DNA of 61,677 bases, the filler included, from Basidiobolus ranarum (lineage: Eukaryota), in the NCBI GenBank assembly GCA_040143965.1. It is 23 parts of 23 records of this genome, joined end to end, with 100 filler letters (N's around TTAATTAATTAA, not from the genome) between each part and the next. Parts side by side here need not be neighbours in the genome. Positions count along the whole stretch, not along the records: positions 59,101 to 61,677 come from JASJQH010010061.1; 22 more parts are not named here. One strand, written 5' to 3'. Positions 59,461 through 61,677 of the stretch are shown here, in pieces. The stretch's first letter is position 1; each line of letters opens with the position of its first letter. The translations under genes were made by a program, and so were the position numbers. A model generated the notes under the pieces. That model was not told where the DNA came from. It did not search any database and saw only the letters and a list, made by a program, of their open reading frames with translations.

Positions 59461-61450
59461 ATTCGCTAGCATAGTGGATTTACTTCTATTTATGGCATCC
59501 ACACAAACATATGAATAGAAATTCCAATTTTATCAAACATTCCTTTATTCAGTATTGATTGCTGCTACATCGAATGGTGGTTCATGAATACTCCATTGGT
59601 TGATGCTGAAAGCTTCAAAGATTGAATTCCTCACTGCATGAAGCTATATGATTACATAATGTGGACAATTTCCATCCACAACAAGGTGAGCAGGGAACTT
59701 TGAGCCAGATGCTTTAGTGGAGAACCTTATTCGGAATACGGTTGATGATTCGCTGCCCCTGATGCTACATGGTTTTACTATGTTAGCAATTCCCAAAGAA
59801 AACAAGGTGAGCAGCAAACTTTGAACCGGCTACCCCAGTAGAGAACCTTCCTCGGGATCCCAGCAAGCCAAAGACTGGATAACGGAGATGTCGGATAACG
59901 GAGATGTCGGATAACGACTCCAGAGTGTAGTGGATGTTTGTATACTGAACCCCAGATTGAAAGCTAGCTTTTATAAGGTATTTTTGCCTGGTAGTCACAC
60001 CAAGAACACATTCACATTGTACCAATATCTACAGTGACACTTTTGAGTCACAACATACAACATCTATATCGATATCAAGATCAAACTAGCATTGTCCGCT
60101 GTTGGCTGCATCTAGTTTGAGTAAGACAAGTCTGTTTGAGAATTAGAAAACGGATTCTACAGCCAAACTAGGAATATTGTTGAAACACGTTATAACTTCC
60201 AATTAGCACACCTGGATTAGGCTGAAAGGTAAATTCCAATTGAAAATATTTCCTTAAACCGCTTGAGATCAAAGCAGAAAGTGATTTGTCTCATCTTAAC
60301 TCCAGTTAAAGTTATAAGCTACTTTGTGAACTAGAGTGTCTCCTCTTTGTAACACTATTGGGATCAATATAGTAGAATTGGAGCATTGTCCAAATTGGGT
60401 TACTATCTATTTCAACATGACTTGCATTTATCACCATACTAGGAGTAGCATTAAGATTTATCTTATACAAATTAAATTGCTCCAGGATCGTGGGCCAACA
60501 CCAGTAATATACTGGTTTAATTGCGTTGAGTACAAAGTGTATCTGAAGCGTAAGTGAAGTCAAGTGCGTTAATAAGGTATTCCTTCCTTAGTATAGTAGG
60601 TTAAATCCCAGCTTCACTCCAATTCATTAGCATAGAGGTTTACTTCTATTCATAGCATACACACACATATACGAATAAAAATTCGAGTTTTATCAAACAT
60701 TCCTTTATTCAGAATTGATTGCTGCTACATCGAATGATGGTCTGTGAACACTCTATCTGTCGATGATGAATGATCCAAAGGTAGAGTTCCCTGCTCTTGA
60801 AGCTACATGATTCCACCATGTGACCAATTTTCAAACACAAAATGGTGAACAGCGAACTTTAAACCGGGTACCTCAGTAGAAAACCTTCTTCGGAATACCA
60901 ACAAGTCAAAGACTGGATAACGGAGATGTCGGATGATGGTTCCAGAGCGTAGTGGATGTTTGTATACTAAAGTATGAATGGAAAGGCGGTTTTTATAACC
61001 TATTTTTGACTGATAATCACACCAAGAACATATTAGCCTTTTACCGCTTCCACAGTAATACTATTAAATCCCAATATGAATAGACAATTGGCGTTGTACA
61101 CCCTGGAGTGCACTAGTTATATCGAGTTCAAGTGAGTCAAGGCCAGCTTGTTTGAGAATTAGCAACTAGATTTTCCTTAATAGCTACTGGTACTACAAAA
61201 CCAAGTAGATTGTTGAAACGCGATATGTGTTACAATAGAATTCCATGTCTCGCCTTAATTAGGTTCAACAGTAAAAGCAGAAGAAAAATATTCCTTTAAA
61301 CTGCTGAGAATAAAAGCGGCAATAAAAGAATAGGAGAAATGAATCTAGTCTTGACTCTACTTATGGCGGTTGATGAGTTTGTGAATCAGTGTCTCCAGCC
61401 TGTAGTACTATTGGGGTTAATATAATGGAATTGGATGAACTATCGAATCT
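59461..61450. repeat. Diverged ~1.1-kb tandem duplication (units start at ~59461 and ~60622), apparently non-coding
   Basis: Collinear shared blocks, e.g. TTTTATCAAACATTCCTTTATTCAG, GACTGGATAACGGAGATGTCGGAT, TAGTGGATGTTTGTATACT, GTTTGAGAATTAG; I found no ORF conserved in both units. Confidence 0.85.
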
Positions 61451-61677
61451 CTATAGATACTACCATAAAGTGTATGTATATTCAGAAGTTTTTGCTTACC
61501 ATATAACCAAATGCACCTAGTTGAAAAACTGGTTACGCTTGCTCTTTGTATTTAAATCCATCTAATTAAGCTTTTGTTGTGCGGTTTTCTGCAGTATCAG
61601 CGGAGTCACGTGCAATCATCATATGAGCATACATCCACATATACATCAAAATTAATGCGAACTTTATCACACATTCA

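Noticed and set aside
59586-59860. Hammerhead ribozyme, SRP RNA, SECIS or C/D snoRNA in the hairpin modules
   Set aside because: Partial motifs (TGATG, AGCAG) exist, but I could not place a complete CUGANGA/GAAA core or another canonical consensus in all modules.

Overview
This window is not one continuous locus. It is 23 unrelated contigs of 2596 down to 2577 bp, ordered by decreasing length and joined by identical 100-bp artificial spacers (44 N + TTAATTAATTAA + 44 N), so nothing can be inferred across spacers. The DNA is AT-rich and eukaryotic, most likely from an early-diverging fungus (inferred from gene content; chytrid-like but not proven). Most of it is decayed, CpG-depleted transposon debris: several Ty1/copia families (LTR families A, B, C; two with a tRNA-iMet half-molecule PBS), Ty3/gypsy chromovirus pieces (LTR family D), a CACTA/EnSpm-type DNA transposon, a LINE and a long-TIR foldback element. 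Host genes, mostly cut by contig ends, are a Sis1-type DnaJ, a concentrative nucleoside transporter, a Pho89/PiT phosphate transporter, a CBM18-like and a lipocalin-like secreted protein, a Gly/Asp/Tyr-rich secreted protein and two tandem Cys-repeat proteins. The best candidates for something new are: (1) the tandem Cys-hairpin repeat proteins with Kex2-like linkers; (2) a LINE and an apparent tRNA-derived SINE that share a 3' tail ending in CCCCCTAACCCTAA, complementary to the telomeric TTAGGG overhang; (3) a tandemly duplicated, apparently non-coding TATA-to-AATAAA unit carrying repeated hairpins. All calls were made by eye, without database searches.
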